Notes under the pieces: generated by a model
What the model saw: the letters and a program-made list of their open reading frames with translations, nothing else
Told to the model about the DNA's origin: nothing
Databases searched by the model: none
In this document: positions 1 through 12,040 of the stretch, piece after piece
Numbering within the stretch: position 1 is the first letter of the stretch
Layout of the letters: every line of letters starts with the position of its first letter
Program-made: the position numbers and the translations under genes
DNA from: Macrostomum lignano
Taxonomy: Eukaryota
NCBI GenBank assembly: GCA_002269645.1
Contig: NIVC01005174.1
Location: 1 to 23,664, forward strand
Direction of reading: 5' to 3'
Length of the DNA: 23,664 nucleotides

Positions 1-352
1 CCCCCATCTAACCATCACGATAGCTTTTTTCTGCAATCGCCCGAGAGACCAACTAACGACGAGATTGTAAGTGTGAGAGAATGTGCGGCGTTACCACAAG
101 GTCTATGGCTCTACCAGGGACCTCTACAATTTATTATCATAGATGGATAAACAAATATCCAGGAATTCGCGGTTGTCCATGGCCCAGACTAAGATAGCTT
201 TTAGCTTTGTACATCCGTTTGCTAGCATAGCACGACTAAAGCCATTTAATTTTTGTCAATCTAAGTGAGACAAAGGGTAAAAAAGATATTTGTAAAAAAG
301 CTATCTATCTATCTTAGTATACTATGTTAGTGTTTCAACTTCAATGCTTGGC

Positions 353-1239
353 TATAATATAGTTCTTTGCAAGCGTTTGATACTACGAGCAAGCAATTTA
401 ATAATCTGTGTGGAAATCCAGCGCTAAAAGATTGATTCCTCAGTACTCTATGGTCCAAAGCATAGGCTTTGGAGCCAGCAATTTAATAATCTGTGGAAAT
501 CCAGCGCAAAAAATATGGATTTCTCAGTACTCTATGGCCCAAGCCACGGCTTTGGAGCAAGCAATTTAATAATCCGAGCACTCAATTAGTCATTTCTAGT
601 GTCACGAGTGTCTCTTTAGCTACAGATAGACGCACGCATTCCAAAATCGTAGAAGAAGAGGAAGCAAGATAGGGAGAACTTTGTCACCGCAGTTGAGACC
701 TGCTTTTGCTAATTTTCTGCCCAACAGTTTCGATTTCGTTTGCTCAGTTGTGCTCTGTTTTCTTTCTCAAAAACTGTTTGTGCTTTATTTGCTTCGCTTC
801 GCTGTGTGCGGCAATAGGGAAAGCGCGACCGCTACTTTTCGACACTTGTGCGAAAAGCCGACATGGTTTACTTAAATTTTGAGTTCAGTAGCTTAGGGAC
901 ATAGACGCTATTTTTTGAGAATATGATAGAACTTTTCATGAATTAAGTAAAAAGCTACTTAATCAAACTAAGAATGATGCATGCACCGCAGAGACTACTG
1001 ACGAAATTGAGTTCAGTAGTTGATTTTCGCGCTGTCGCGAGTTGCAAAATTTTTCACATTTGCTTCTTTGCTACATAAGCGATTAATGAGTGGCCCATTA
1101 TGTATAAATGATCTTTGCTCCAAAGTCTATGGTTTGGACCATAGAGTACTGAGGAATCTATCTTTAGCACAGGGTTTCCCCACAGATTATTAAATTGCTT
1201 GCTCGTAATATCCAATGGCTTGCAGAAAGCTATATTATA
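353..1239. mobile_element. Degenerate inverted-repeat element (arms ~353-475 and ~1117-1239), probable non-autonomous DNA transposon remnant
   Basis: The reverse complement of 1117-1239 aligns by eye to 353-475 (e.g. acgagcaagcaatttaataatctgtg and ttcctcagtactctatggtccaaa are shared). No transposase ORF or clear TSD seen. Confidence 0.65.
388..574 (+). repeat. Tandem duplication, ~84-bp unit, ~2.2 copies
   Basis: agc(a/c)agcaatttaataatc recurs at 388, 473 and 556. The intervening ggaaatccagcgc and ctcagtactctatgg blocks are repeated. Confidence 0.85.
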
Positions 1240-1464
1240 CCACTTTACCTTCAATTTTGAACAAAGTCGAATTTCGATTCAAACGATATGAGGACAAAAG
1301 CTACATGCAACCGATACGATGCAACCACATATAGCACTGGATTGTCTCAATCGAAGGTCTTGTAAGCTTGAATTGGATTCGACTTTGATAGGATAATTTC
1401 ACAACTTAATATGGCATATAATAAAAGCCACACCCTAACAGTTTACCAGAGCCACTGGTTGAAG

Positions 1465-2499
1465 ATGAAGAAGCCGGATGAAGCCTATCTTGTGCTGCTG
1501 CTGCTGCCGCTGATGCCAGTTTTGCTGCTCGGAGCCGTCACGGATCCAGCCGTTAACAAGACGCTCAAATTCCATCAATCTCCCGCCTGCCCTCCGGCCT
1601 CAGTCGTCACCTCAATGAAGCTCCAGGGAGTGAAGGCGCGGCAGACTTGCGCGGTGGAGTGCTCGCTGAGGTCCAACTGCGCCGTGTACAACTTTGTCAG
1701 CTCGTCCAGCGAGTGCCAGATGGGCAGCACGGCTGATCTGATTGGCAGCTGGACACCCAACGAAAGTTCGCCCTGCACCAGCCAGCTGAACCCGCGCCTG
1801 CCGGGAATTCTCACCTTCCGAGCCAACTTGTTGGCCTTTCTGGACTTTCGCGTCGGCCAGGACAACCTGATTGGCGGCACTCAGTTCAAGGTGTCCCAGT
1901 CCTCGCCGGGAGTTGTCTACAGTTCAAGCCAGGGTGCCGTGTTCCCGACTCTAGATTCCACTGGCGCCTCCAACTACATCGAGCTGGACAAGCAAGGCAG
2001 CGAGACCATCGCCAACCTACTCGGACGTAACAAGATCTTCACCGTGTACGCTCGGATCAGCCGGCAGGCAGGGACAACACCGCAGTCAGTTTACACTCTG
2101 ACCGACTGCAATACCTACGCTGAAAAGCGAGGCGGTCTGTCCGTTGAGAGCAGTCGAGCTGTCGTGTACAACAGCCTCACCTCTCCGGACGAAGTCAAGG
2201 CCAAACAGAGCGCACAGACATTCACCAGTACGTATGGCGAAACCAGCATTGACACTTCAATTGGAGCCGTGTTCAAAACTAACGAGTTCACCAGCGCCTT
2301 TGTCAACGGAGTTGCGAGCGAAGTCGAAGCGTTGACTGTTAGCAGCGTGCCAACTTTCAAGGGCGCCCCAGAGTGCATCCGCCTGGGCTTCAGTCCCGAA
2401 GCTAACAAGGGGCTGGTTGGCCGCTACATCTGCTTCGCCATCGTGAAAGCCGAGCTTACAGCCGCGGAGTTCTCTGAGCTCGATGCTCTCTGTGGCTGA
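1465..2499 (+). CDS. Secreted protein, 344 aa: signal peptide, PAN/apple domain, ConA-like (LamG-type) domain; single coding exon
   Basis: Long GC3-rich ORF. Hydrophobic N-terminus (LVLLLLPLMPVLLLGA) follows the ATG at 1465. PAN-type Cys pattern CAVECSLRSNCAVYNF...C. The C-terminal half has LamG/ConA-like hallmarks (FTVYARI, AFVNGV, RLG, FAIVKAELTAAE). Stop is TGA. Confidence 0.8.
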   Translation: MKKPDEAYLVLLLLPLMPVLLLGAVTDPAVNKTLKFHQSPACPPASVVTSMKLQGVKARQTCAVECSLRSNCAVYNFVSSSSECQMGSTADLIGSWTPNESSPCTSQLNPRLPGILTFRANLLAFLDFRVGQDNLIGGTQFKVSQSSPGVVYSSSQGAVFPTLDSTGASNYIELDKQGSETIANLLGRNKIFTVYARISRQAGTTPQSVYTLTDCNTYAEKRGGLSVESSRAVVYNSLTSPDEVKAKQSAQTFTSTYGETSIDTSIGAVFKTNEFTSAFVNGVASEVEALTVSSVPTFKGAPECIRLGFSPEANKGLVGRYICFAIVKAELTAAEFSELDALCG

Positions 2500-2536
2500 G
2501 CAGCTTGATTGAGACTTAGTTGATGGACTGACGTTT

Positions 2537-2690
2537 GGGTTTGGTGGCTGAGTATCATGAGGCTTTGGTGGCTGAGTATCATATGGGTTTGGTGGCTGAG
2601 TATCATATGGGTTTGGTGGCTGAGATCATATGGGTTTGGTGGCTGAGATCATATGGGTTTGGTGGCTGAGATCATATGGGTTTGGTGGCT
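2537..2690 (+). repeat. Minisatellite, 23-24-bp unit (gggtttggtggctgag(t)atcatat), ~6.5 copies
   Basis: Directly visible tandem repeat starting ~40 bp after the stop codon. Confidence 0.95.
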
Positions 2691-3417
2691 GCTCATGTAT
2701 GTCTTGCATGGCTTGCATTGCATGTCTTGCTCATGTACGTGGTTCTGTTATTGAAGTTCAACTGGTGAAGCTCTGATATTAACAAATATTTTACCGTCAA
2801 TAGAAGTTCTAAAAATATTTTCAGCTTTCTTCTAAAGCAATTTTCATTTTATGTCACACGTATTTTTAAAAACCTGTCCCTACGAATTCTTTACCTTAAT
2901 AGAACAGGATATTTTATTATTCAAAAATTTTCTCACCTTGTTACTTTCTCGCATTGTCTAAAAAGGCCGAAATGTTGCAAGTTCATAAGATTTTTAATCA
3001 TAATCCAGCTTATGATTTAATAACATGTTTTGTAATAGTTGTGTTAATAACTATTAGTTTATTAACTTAGCATATAGCACCCTGTTTCGCGAGCGTGTTC
3101 GCACAAGATCTTTAGTTTTTTTGCGTTTCTCTATCTATCTATTCTGGCATATCTAAAATTATTTGATTAATTTCATAATATTAACTGTGCTATATGCTTC
3201 GCACAATTTGAAGAGTTGCTTAAACAAATTAAATAAGACAGTGTCATAAATTTTCCCTAGATTGTGTGCAGTCTGCTTTAAACTTTGACCACTTAAAATA
3301 TAGCTTTTTATAATTGCATCGGTAGCTATTCAATGAGTTGAGCTACATGCATATGCAAGGACTACTAGACGAAGTGTTCCTAGTGGTCCTTGTGCATATG
3401 ATGCAGATAATCACAGA

Positions 3418-3688
3418 TAATTGATTACACCTGCCCCAGTGGGCCAGATGTGCAACCGACAGCTCAGCCGCAGCTTTTCGCGGCACATCTGAAGGCTCGT
3501 ACGGTCGCCACACACCCTCAATTGCCCCAGCTAATTCTGGCACCCATTTTACAGCTGGGTGAACTGAAGCAATGCAGGTTGAGTTAGGAGTCTTGCTCAA
3601 GGACACAAATTGATCCGAGTGGGTCGAGAATCGAACCCCAGACCTTTCAGTCGTGAGTCCAACGCTCTAACCACTAGGCTACAACCCC
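3418..3688 (-). mobile_element. tRNA-derived SINE with CORE-like central domain, copy 1 (small internal deletion)
   Basis: Minus strand starts GGGGTTGTAGCCTAGTGG (A box) ... GGTTCGATTC (B box), then tgtgtccttgagcaag...cagttcacccagctgtaaaatggg, which resembles the MIR/CORE consensus. Homologous copies at 14723 and 17757. Confidence 0.85.
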
Positions 3689-4419
3689 TAGTCTAGGCTA
3701 CATGTACTCGTATTGGGCATTATGATTTATTTCATGTACCTGCGCAAATGGGACTTCAAGATGTTTACGACAAATGCTAGGGAAAAGTTAAAAAGTACAT
3801 GCATGCACAATTCTACACATAAAGTACAAACCTTAAATACGCTTGATGCACTGACGTAATCATCCTCACACATGTAGAATAGGCTACTGCACACCATGCA
3901 GGATTCCGGCCAGCAACTATATACAATAAGCAATTCCATAAGAAAGCATATGTAAATATTGTAGATGCAAGGCATCGTGCATAATACGTACTGGATACCT
4001 ATACCCACCTATACATGTACGTATAGTATTGCATATTTTGCTACTTAATGTATATAGCTATAATAGCATGACAAAATGCTTCTTTCGACATGTATACCTC
4101 AATCGAGTAACAATCTTTAGTTTTTTATTTCGGCTTCAGATAAGATCTACAGTTGAGATTGAGCACTCTGGTGTATTCTGCATCCAGCTCGTGTCTGATT
4201 GCATTCAACCAAAAATCGCAAGCCCACACGGCGGTTTGCGGCAAAAGGGTGTTTGTTTTTCACTACTCGAGCCCTGCACAGAAATGCAGGGGCCAATGTG
4301 TGTGCCAATTAGAAGCAACCGAGGACGCGACTTGAGTATCGACGTACTAGTGTACACTGTAAATAGTCTGACAATAATGTTGTAGTTCTCCCCGAACATA
4401 ACTAGAAGCATAGAGGCGG

Positions 4420-5170
4420 CTCAGCGTGCTTGGCTACGCCGACGATCTCGCTCTACTGCTGTCTAACTTTGACCGTCGAGGGCGCCCGCGCCAGCTGGAG
4501 AGTTGTGGCGAGTGTCGGTCTGGTGATGGTCAACAACACACAGAAGAGTCATCGATCGTGCTCGTGCTGGACGACTTTGATCGAGGCTGCAATTTTCTGC
4601 CGAGGCGCTGACGGACAGGTGACTAAGCTTCCGTGCTGTCAGCAGTTCGTCTACCTCGGCGGTCAGGTGCCGAAGTGCGCGAGGACCTGAGACGTCGCCG
4701 TGGACAACTTGCCTGGGCTGCCTTCCGCTCCGTTTTTCTTAGCGGTGATCGAGACTGTCCTGTTGTATAACGCCGAGACCTGGACGCTGACAGATTCGCT
4801 CGAACAGCGGGTCGACGACGCCGCCTTCAAGATCGGCTATACGAGCGAGTCACCAATAATGCGGCACTCTATCATCGTACCACCCGCGAACTGTCGCGCC
4901 GTCGGCGACTCCAGCTGGCAGGCCATTTTGTACTGCCCGCAACCGTTGCAGGAGGTGCTGAGCTGCAGACGCTGCAGGCACTACTGCACCCTACCAAAGC
5001 AGGCCATTAGCCGGAATACTTCAGCATGGAATAATGGAATAGGACTTCGGCTGGGGCAGGGCCCGCCCGCACCCTCCAGGGCAGGCTTTTCGTCGACTGC
5101 CTGCTGGCTGATTATGGCGCCCCGGACACTGCCGGCGATGCGGCCTACGTTCGCGCCCAGGCCTTAAAAC
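4420..5170 (+). mobile_element. 5'-truncated, frameshifted non-LTR retrotransposon (RTE-like) reverse transcriptase and C-terminal fragment
   Basis: Motifs spread over different frames: LGYADDLAL (RT catalytic YADD), GLVMVN, FVYLGG, LAWAAF, AVIETVLLYNAETWTL, RRRRLQLAGH. Several frameshifts and an internal deletion. Confidence 0.85.
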
Positions 5171-5940
5171 GCATCCCGTGACGTTGTCTGTTTGACTGAC
5201 TATAACAACGTATTTTGTTGTGCTGTTGTATAGAGTTCCTGTTATAACGGCTTTAATGGCCTATATCAGGAGTCAGGCCTGGAGTATAATTTCCAAAGCG
5301 CGATACACACGGAAATCTAGAAAAGAAAGTTTTGCAATTTTTTAAGGAAACCTAACCTATGGTACTAACAAGAAATCGCAAAAAATGTTTCTATTTTATA
5401 AAAGTTCTTTGTAGATTTATTCATCTGATTTAAGTATCAATTTTGCATATTGTTAGCATACTAGCATAAAGGAAAATTCGACACTAACATCGTTTGTCCT
5501 TACTATTTGTTATAACCCCTTTTACAAGCGTACTGGCCTATTTTAAATCATATTATTTATGAATAACGTGACTGCGCTGCGAATTGCGCGCTTATGAACC
5601 TCTGCCCACCGAACTTTGTGAACTGTTTTGTTACGTGGCTATCATATGGTTATCGTTTAAATAGAAGAGAACTTTTTGTCTGTTTTTCCTGTTTCTTCAG
5701 TCCATTTTATCGTTTTACTTGTATCGAAATTGTCGGAAGACTGCACTGTACTCAGAGCTAGAACAGTTTGGTTCATGAATATTTTCTTTTATTAATTTAG
5801 CCTACTTTCTAAAAATTAGAAAACTTGCTCAAAGTAACTCGCAATCACTAAAAAAACTTTAAAATTTCCAAAACAGTTATTGTTTCTTGGAACGCCAGCT
5901 GCAATCTCATCCTAAAGTGCAAACTGTCATTTGTCATGAA

Positions 5941-6090
5941 ATGCCACCTAATCCCCTAAAGAACAAGCAATCCACTACAGAAATGAAACAGTCATCAACA
6001 AAACTTGATGAGATTGATAATGGATATCATGGAGAAAGCCTTCCTTGCCAAGTATCATCTGTTGCAGATTCATCTATGCCACATGTTAAT
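5941..6090 (+). CDS. Candidate first coding exon of the MFSD2-like gene (speculative)
   Basis: ATG at 5941, 50 open codons, then aat|gtaagc (phase-0 donor) compatible with the phase-0 acceptor at 8765. It is AT-richer than the other exons and has no recognisable homology. Confidence 0.3.
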
Positions 6091-6450
6091 GTAAGCTGAA
6101 TAAGCATAATATTGCTTAGATATATATTAGGCCTACTTATACAGATGTTTGTATGTTGTTAAATATTTTTATAGGCCTATTCAATAAGCAATTGCAGAAA
6201 ATGCAGTTTGAATTAAAGTATAATTTTTGTCTATCCTGTAATTTATTATTATTAGGCTGGGTCTATATTATTTATTTGCACTAGGCCTAAATATAACTAA
6301 ACTATGAATTTAAGATATAGGCCCCTAGTATATATTTTGGGGATAAAGATATCATACCATATAATATATTGGCTATATAACAAAGTGGCCATAGCATAGG
6401 ACTGGAATATCCACATGACAAAATGGCCATATATAACATAAATAAAAAAG

Positions 6451-7619
6451 CAAATCTGAGGGTTATCCCAGAAATAATGGGAAAAACCAGTATAGAGGCT
6501 GACTGTGATTTTTGAATTTGATGCAACATGTGTCATAAATAGAAAAAAATCCAACAGTCATTTTGCTTTTTAAATGGGATAAAAATATCAATTTATTCAA
6601 GTTTTGTCTACAAATAAAACAAGGGATAAGGGGTAGAGTTACACCCTGGTTGCAGATTGTGCAGTGGTATATCCTGGAACAAGAACCCTAGCTCATCTAA
6701 ATGTATACCAATATACACCAAAAACAAAAAATTCCCTAAAATATACACCAAAAATTTCTTCTAAAAAGGTCATTCAGTTTTTATAAGTAGAATTTTCTAA
6801 GAAAGGCTTTCATACAAAGTCTTTTAAAATGAAATGAAATAATATAAAATTTCATTTAAAATAAAAATAAATAAAATGAATATTTTCATTTTAAACAAAT
6901 CTAAATTATACTTACAGAAATAATGATGCAAAATTGACACTCTTAGCAATAATTTATACTAATTTTATTTATTGTTTATTTCAAAGAAGCAAAAAGTTTA
7001 TCACTGACTTTCTAGACTATACCAATTTTCCTTTACTTTATGTAAAAACATTAATTTTATTTATTTTATGCATTGTATACACCGGTTGTATACACCAAGG
7101 ACTTAGGGTTGTTGTTTTGTATGCCGGAAAGTTCCAGCATATATGCATGCCATCTACAACCTAGAGTTACATCAAGTCGAGGGGTCTGCAAAGTTGGTCA
7201 CACAACATTGCCATTGCCTTTGACTGATGACTTTTCAACAAAGTCATCCCTCAGCCTATAGCTTGGAGCTATTCTGCTTCTGCTTCTGCTTTTTTCAAGG
7301 GCTTATGTGCTCTTTTTTGTTTCTTTTTAGCTTTTTTGTTTGCTTTTGTTTTTGAATCAATGGTTCTGATTAAACATTGAAAGTTTAGTCTATGGCCAGC
7401 ATAGTAGTCTTGAATTGGTATAACTTTACCCCCTACCCCTTGTTATATTTATAGGCATAACTTTTGAATTAATTGATATTTTTACCCCATTTAAATATTA
7501 AAAAGCAAACAGCCATTGGATTCTTTTTTACTTATGACACAAATTGCATCAAATTCAAATATCACAGTCAGCCTCTGTATTAGTTTTTCCCACTATTTTG
7601 GGATAACCCTCATATTTTG
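6451..7619. mobile_element. Degenerate foldback / inverted-repeat element (arms ~6451-6642 and ~7419-7619, spacer ~775 bp)
   Basis: The arms are reverse complements with scattered mismatches (e.g. gagggttatccc...gaggctgactgtgat...gaatttgatgcaa vs ttgcatcaaattc...atcacagtcagcctc...gggataaccctc). The ORF-track peptides at 6297(-) and 7516(+) are correspondingly similar. Confidence 0.7.
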
Positions 7620-8765
7620 GCAAAAAATTATCTTTAGAATATGCTATCAGTTTAAAAATTATTTTAATAGAAGTGTTTTTTATATGCATTTCTGTTTTAT
7701 TTTATTTTTGTTCTTTGTCCTTGCATTTGCTTTCAGTTTTTTATTTGGATTTCTAAATATACTTAACTGCATTTTCTTCCATTTGCAACTTTATAGCTTG
7801 GATTTAGTACTTTGTGATAAATTTATTGGAATGCTGACCATTTTATCTAAAGCTAGCCATTTTAATGAACAATTTATTGAGATTGATCAAGATTAATCCA
7901 GCTTTGGCAAAGAGGGAAAGGTTTTTTGTTATAGAAAATAGTCAAAATAAAAGTACAAACTTTAAAAAGACATGCTTTTTATGCTATAGCAATTTTATTA
8001 TTTGATTAGTGAAATATTGTTTAATTAAATGCCATTTTGTTATGGCTGAATTTCAAAGTACAATTTAAAATTGGATCTGACCACACTGTTATCCCTAATC
8101 TATTGATTGCACTTTGCAAGTACACTATAGTTTAGAACACTATATATACATGTCATGCATAAAAATATTTAGTGTATGTCTTGTACCAAAATATTGAACA
8201 TATATACCAAAAGCTAAAAAATCACTTTGTATGCCAACATGTATGCCAAATTTCCTGATTGTACCCTAGAAATTTCCAAAGTACATGCCTTCTTCCTGAC
8301 TATGGCATGTACATGCAGTAATAGCTACTAGCTAAGTCGTGAGTTTTTTTAATTTACAAACTGCAGATATGTGCAAGGCAGTCAATGAATAATTTTTTAA
8401 GAAGCTACAATCACCAAATGGGTATATTTGCAATTATATGTTATAAGTAGCCTATTTTTTGCCTAACCGGTCACTTTTAACATCTATGTAAACAAAAAAT
8501 TCACTTTTTCCAAATCATCTTTTGCCAAAAATTCCTTTGCCAAAATTGGCCACACCCTTGGTCATTCTGGTCATAACATGATTTGTGATCTGAGGGCATG
8601 ATAAATGCAAAATGTAAATGTAAAAGGTATAAATGTAAAAACCTGAAGCACTGATTCATCAAACTGAGAAATTCCTCTCAATGTGGAATTTCGCCTTAAT
8701 GACCAATGATTTAATGCTGTATTGTTGACAACAAGGCTGTATAAACCTTGAACTACCCCTGGCAG

Positions 8766-9221
8766 ACTTTGGATCCCCTGATCTGCTCGGACCAGTCGGT
8801 CATCTCACCAGACGATGCTGCAGTCGCAGACGCCAGCAGTGATGGCGGCAGCGGGCCGGCCCTGAGCACCGGCCGCCGGGTTCTCTATGGCCTGGCTGCT
8901 CCGCCATCTGCCATGTGCGGCAACATCTTGGGCTTCCTAATGTCCGTCTACCTGCTGGAGGTGGCCAAGCTGACCCCTGGCCTGGTGCTCACCATAACAT
9001 TCACCGGCCGGTTCTGGGACGCCGTCTCCGATCCCATTGTCGGCTATCTGGTGTCCCGGACTCGAACTCGATTCGGGAAATGCCGGCCCTGGGTGTTGGG
9101 CTCGGCGCCGTTCTGCGGCCTGGCCTTTTTCCTGTTCTTTAACACTCCCTCCTGGCAGTCGCTGTATGCGAGATTCGCCTACTATTTTATCGTGTACCTA
9201 GGATTCTGCACCTTCTTGACG
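8766..9221 (+). CDS. MFSD2: MFSD2-family (MFS glycoside-pentoside-hexuronide type) transporter, coding exon
   Basis: GRFWDAVSDPIVGYLVSRTRTRFGKCRPWVLGS matches the MFSD2A GRAWDAITDP...TRWGRLMPW region. Donor acg|gtgagt at 9221/9222 (phase 0). Probable acceptor ctggcag at 8765. An in-frame TAA at 8742 means the ATG lies in an upstream exon. Confidence 0.9.
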
Positions 9222-9258
9222 GTGAGTGGTTAACTTTTGACCAGCTCTAGAACCCTCG

Positions 9259-10418
9259 GTTGCTGGGCCAGCCTCTCAGATCCTCCGTTGCTGGCCAGCC
9301 TCCCACATCCTCAGTTGCTGGCCAGCCTCCCACATCCTCAGTTGCTGGGCCAGCCTCCCAGATCCCCAGTTGCTGGGCCAGCCTCCCAGATCCTCATTAC
9401 TGGGCCAGCCTCCCAGATCCTCAGTTGCTAAACCAGCCTCCCAGATCCTCAGTTGCTGGACCAGCCTTCCAAATCCTCAGTTGCTAAACCAGCCTCCCAG
9501 ATCCTCAGTTGCTAAACCAGCCTCCCAGATCCTCAGTTGCTGGGCCAGCCTCCCAGATCCTCAGTTGCTAAACCAGCCTCCCAGATCCTCAGTTGCTGGG
9601 CCAGCCTCCCAGATCCTCAGTTGCTGGGCCAGCCTCTCAGATCCTCCGTTGCTGGCGAGCTTCCCAGATCCTCAGTTGCTGGGCCAGCCTTCCAGATCCT
9701 CAGTTGCTGAACCAGCCTCCCAGATCCCCAGTTGCTGGGCCAGCCTCCCAGATCCTCAGTTGCTGGGCCAGCCTCTCAGATCCTCCGTTGCTGGCCAGCT
9801 TCCCAGATCCTCAGTTGCTGGGTCAGCCTCTCAGATCCTCCGTTGCTGGGTCAGCCTCCTAGATCTTCAGTTGCTGTGCCAGCCTCCCAGATCCTCATTA
9901 CTGGGCCAGCCTCCCAGATCCCCAGTTGCTGGGCCAGCCTCCCAGATCCTCAGTTGCTGGGCCAGCCTCCCAGATCCCCAGTTGCTGGGCCAGCCTCCCA
10001 GATCCTCATTACTGGGCCAGCCTCCCAGATCCCCAGTTGCTGGGCCAGCCTCCCAGATCCTCAGTTGCTGGGCCAGCCTCCCAGATCCCCAGTTGCTGGG
10101 CCAGCCTCCCAGATCCTCAGTTACTGGGCCAGCCTCTCAGATCCTCCGTTGCTGGCCAGCTTCCCAGATCCTCAGTTGCTGGGTCAGCTTCCCACATCCT
10201 CAGTTGCTGGGCCAGCCTCCCAGATCCCCAGTTGCTGGGCCAGCCTCCCAGATCCTCATTACTGGGCCAGCCTCCCAGATCCTCAGTTGCTAAACCAGCC
10301 TCCCAGATCCTCAGTTGCTGGACCAGCCTTCCAGATCCTCAGTTGCTAAACCAGCCTCCCAGATCCTCAGTTGCTAAACAAGCCTCCCAGATCCTCAGTT
10401 GCTGAACCAGCCTCCCAG
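9259..10418 (+). repeat. 28-bp minisatellite array 1 (gctgggccagcctcccagatcctcagtt), ~42 units, filling an MFSD2 intron
   Basis: Directly visible tandem array inside the 9222-10494 intron. Confidence 0.97.
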
Positions 10419-10494
10419 CTTCTGAGGCTTATAACTAAGCTTGTGCCTCTAAGCTACGCAACTCATCCCATTCTATCACGGTATTCGCTGGCAG

Positions 10495-10573
10495 ATGTAC
10501 CACATCCCCTACACGTCGATGACCATGCTGATATCGAACAGGCCAGCTGACAGGGACGCTGCTACAACTCTGC
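10495..10573 (+). CDS. MFSD2: MFSD2-like coding exon (79 nt)
   Basis: cag|ATGTAC... encodes MYHIPYTSMTMLISNRPADRDAATTL, matching MFSD2A FHVPYSALTMFIS...ERDSATAY. Donor c|gtaagt at 10573/10574 (phase 1). Confidence 0.92.
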
Positions 10574-11364
10574 GTAAGTTGGGGTGCCAATTAAATTTTT
10601 TAATTTCATATAAAAAGTTTCAAGGCGCAGTCTCTGCTTTGAATTGTTTCAATTCTCACACAAAAACACAGATTAGTCACTCATGTCGTGCATTTAGCTA
10701 GCCTCCTTTTTTGTTGTTTTGCCTAGTTAGTAACTAACTAAATATATGCATTGTATGCAAGAGTTTTATTAATGAAAATCTCTTATCTGCGCAGTTTTAT
10801 AAAAGAAACTGCGTAGCATATTCTATTATTTCATTCATACTCATAAAATTTTTAGTTTGTACTTTCATTTCTCTCATTCTCAGGCTTCCAAGTTTCCTCA
10901 CTCAATTTTGCTTAACAACCGCCACTCTCTGCTCCCTGCGTACGCTCTCCTCCTCGTCCTTAGCATCCTGTACTGGCATCCTCCCTCTCACTCCACTCCC
11001 CCTGTCTCTGTCTTCTCAAGTGCAAACCAGTCTCCCCATCATCTGGGTTCGCGCGTACCTTACCCTGACGGTTTGCCCTGTCTGCCTACTGTAGTGCCAG
11101 TGCGGCCACACCCTTCAACTGCCTCATCTGGTCCCATACTTATTTGCCTCCCGCCTCTCTAATCCCGCTGGGGTTCTCCCACGCAGCTTGTCTTCTGCCG
11201 GCTGTAGCGATTAAACCCATCTTATTCTCTATTCTGGGAGGTGAAAACGGTCACACCCGATTTAAGCGCCATTTAAAAAAAAAATTACTATTGAGCCTGC
11301 TCACTGTGCTATGTAATATGCTATGCAATATGCTTGGCGCTTGCTCTTCTCAGATTATACTCTT

Positions 11365-11369
11365 GTCTA

Positions 11370-11432
<63 letters not shown>

Positions 11433-11435
11433 TAT

Positions 11436-11466
<31 letters not shown>

Positions 11467-11559
11467 GTTAGTGTCTGTCTGTCTGTCTGTCTTAGTGTCT
11501 GTCTGTCTGTCTTATTGTCTGTCTGTCTGTCTGTCTGTCTTAGTGTCTGTCTGTCTTAT

Positions 11560-11616
<57 letters not shown>

Positions 11617-11619
11617 TAT

Positions 11620-11650
<31 letters not shown>

Positions 11651-11717
11651 GTTAGTGTCTGTCTTATTGTCTGTCTGTCTGTCTTATTGTCTGTCTGTTT
11701 GTCTGTTTGTCTGTCTA

Positions 11718-11812
<95 letters not shown>

Positions 11813-11815
11813 TAT

Positions 11816-11860
<45 letters not shown>

Positions 11861-11903
11861 TAGTGTCTGTCTGTCTGTCTTATTGTCTGTCTGTCTGTCT
11901 TAT

Positions 11904-11952
<49 letters not shown>

Positions 11953-11999
11953 TAGTGTCTGTCTGTTTGTCTGTCTGTCTTATTGTCTGTCTGTCTTAT

Positions 12000-12040
<41 letters not shown>

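Noticed and set aside
1411-1464. ORF-track start at 1411 for the PAN-LamG protein
   Set aside because: The extension is AT-rich and non-hydrophobic. The ATG at 1465 places the signal peptide correctly.
3343-3606. Short ORFs sharing CIASVHPAVKWVP (also 17796-18206)
   Set aside because: Translations of SINE copies, not genes.
3610-3688. Possible functional tRNA genes (also 14900-14975, 18332-18387, 19903-19970)
   Set aside because: Stems are imperfect, and two copies run directly into a SINE core, so these are SINE heads or pseudo-tRNAs.
5170-5205. Possible link between the LINE 3' end (gtctgtttgactgact) and the (GTCT)n tract
   Set aside because: The similarity is only a few tetramers, and no LINE body adjoins the microsatellite.
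9237-10405. Many long overlapping ORFs (e.g. 307 aa at 9370-10293; similar ones at 15903-16301 and 20615-21752)
   Set aside because: Artefacts of a 28-bp unit that has no stop in any frame on one strand. The first set lies inside a well-defined intron.
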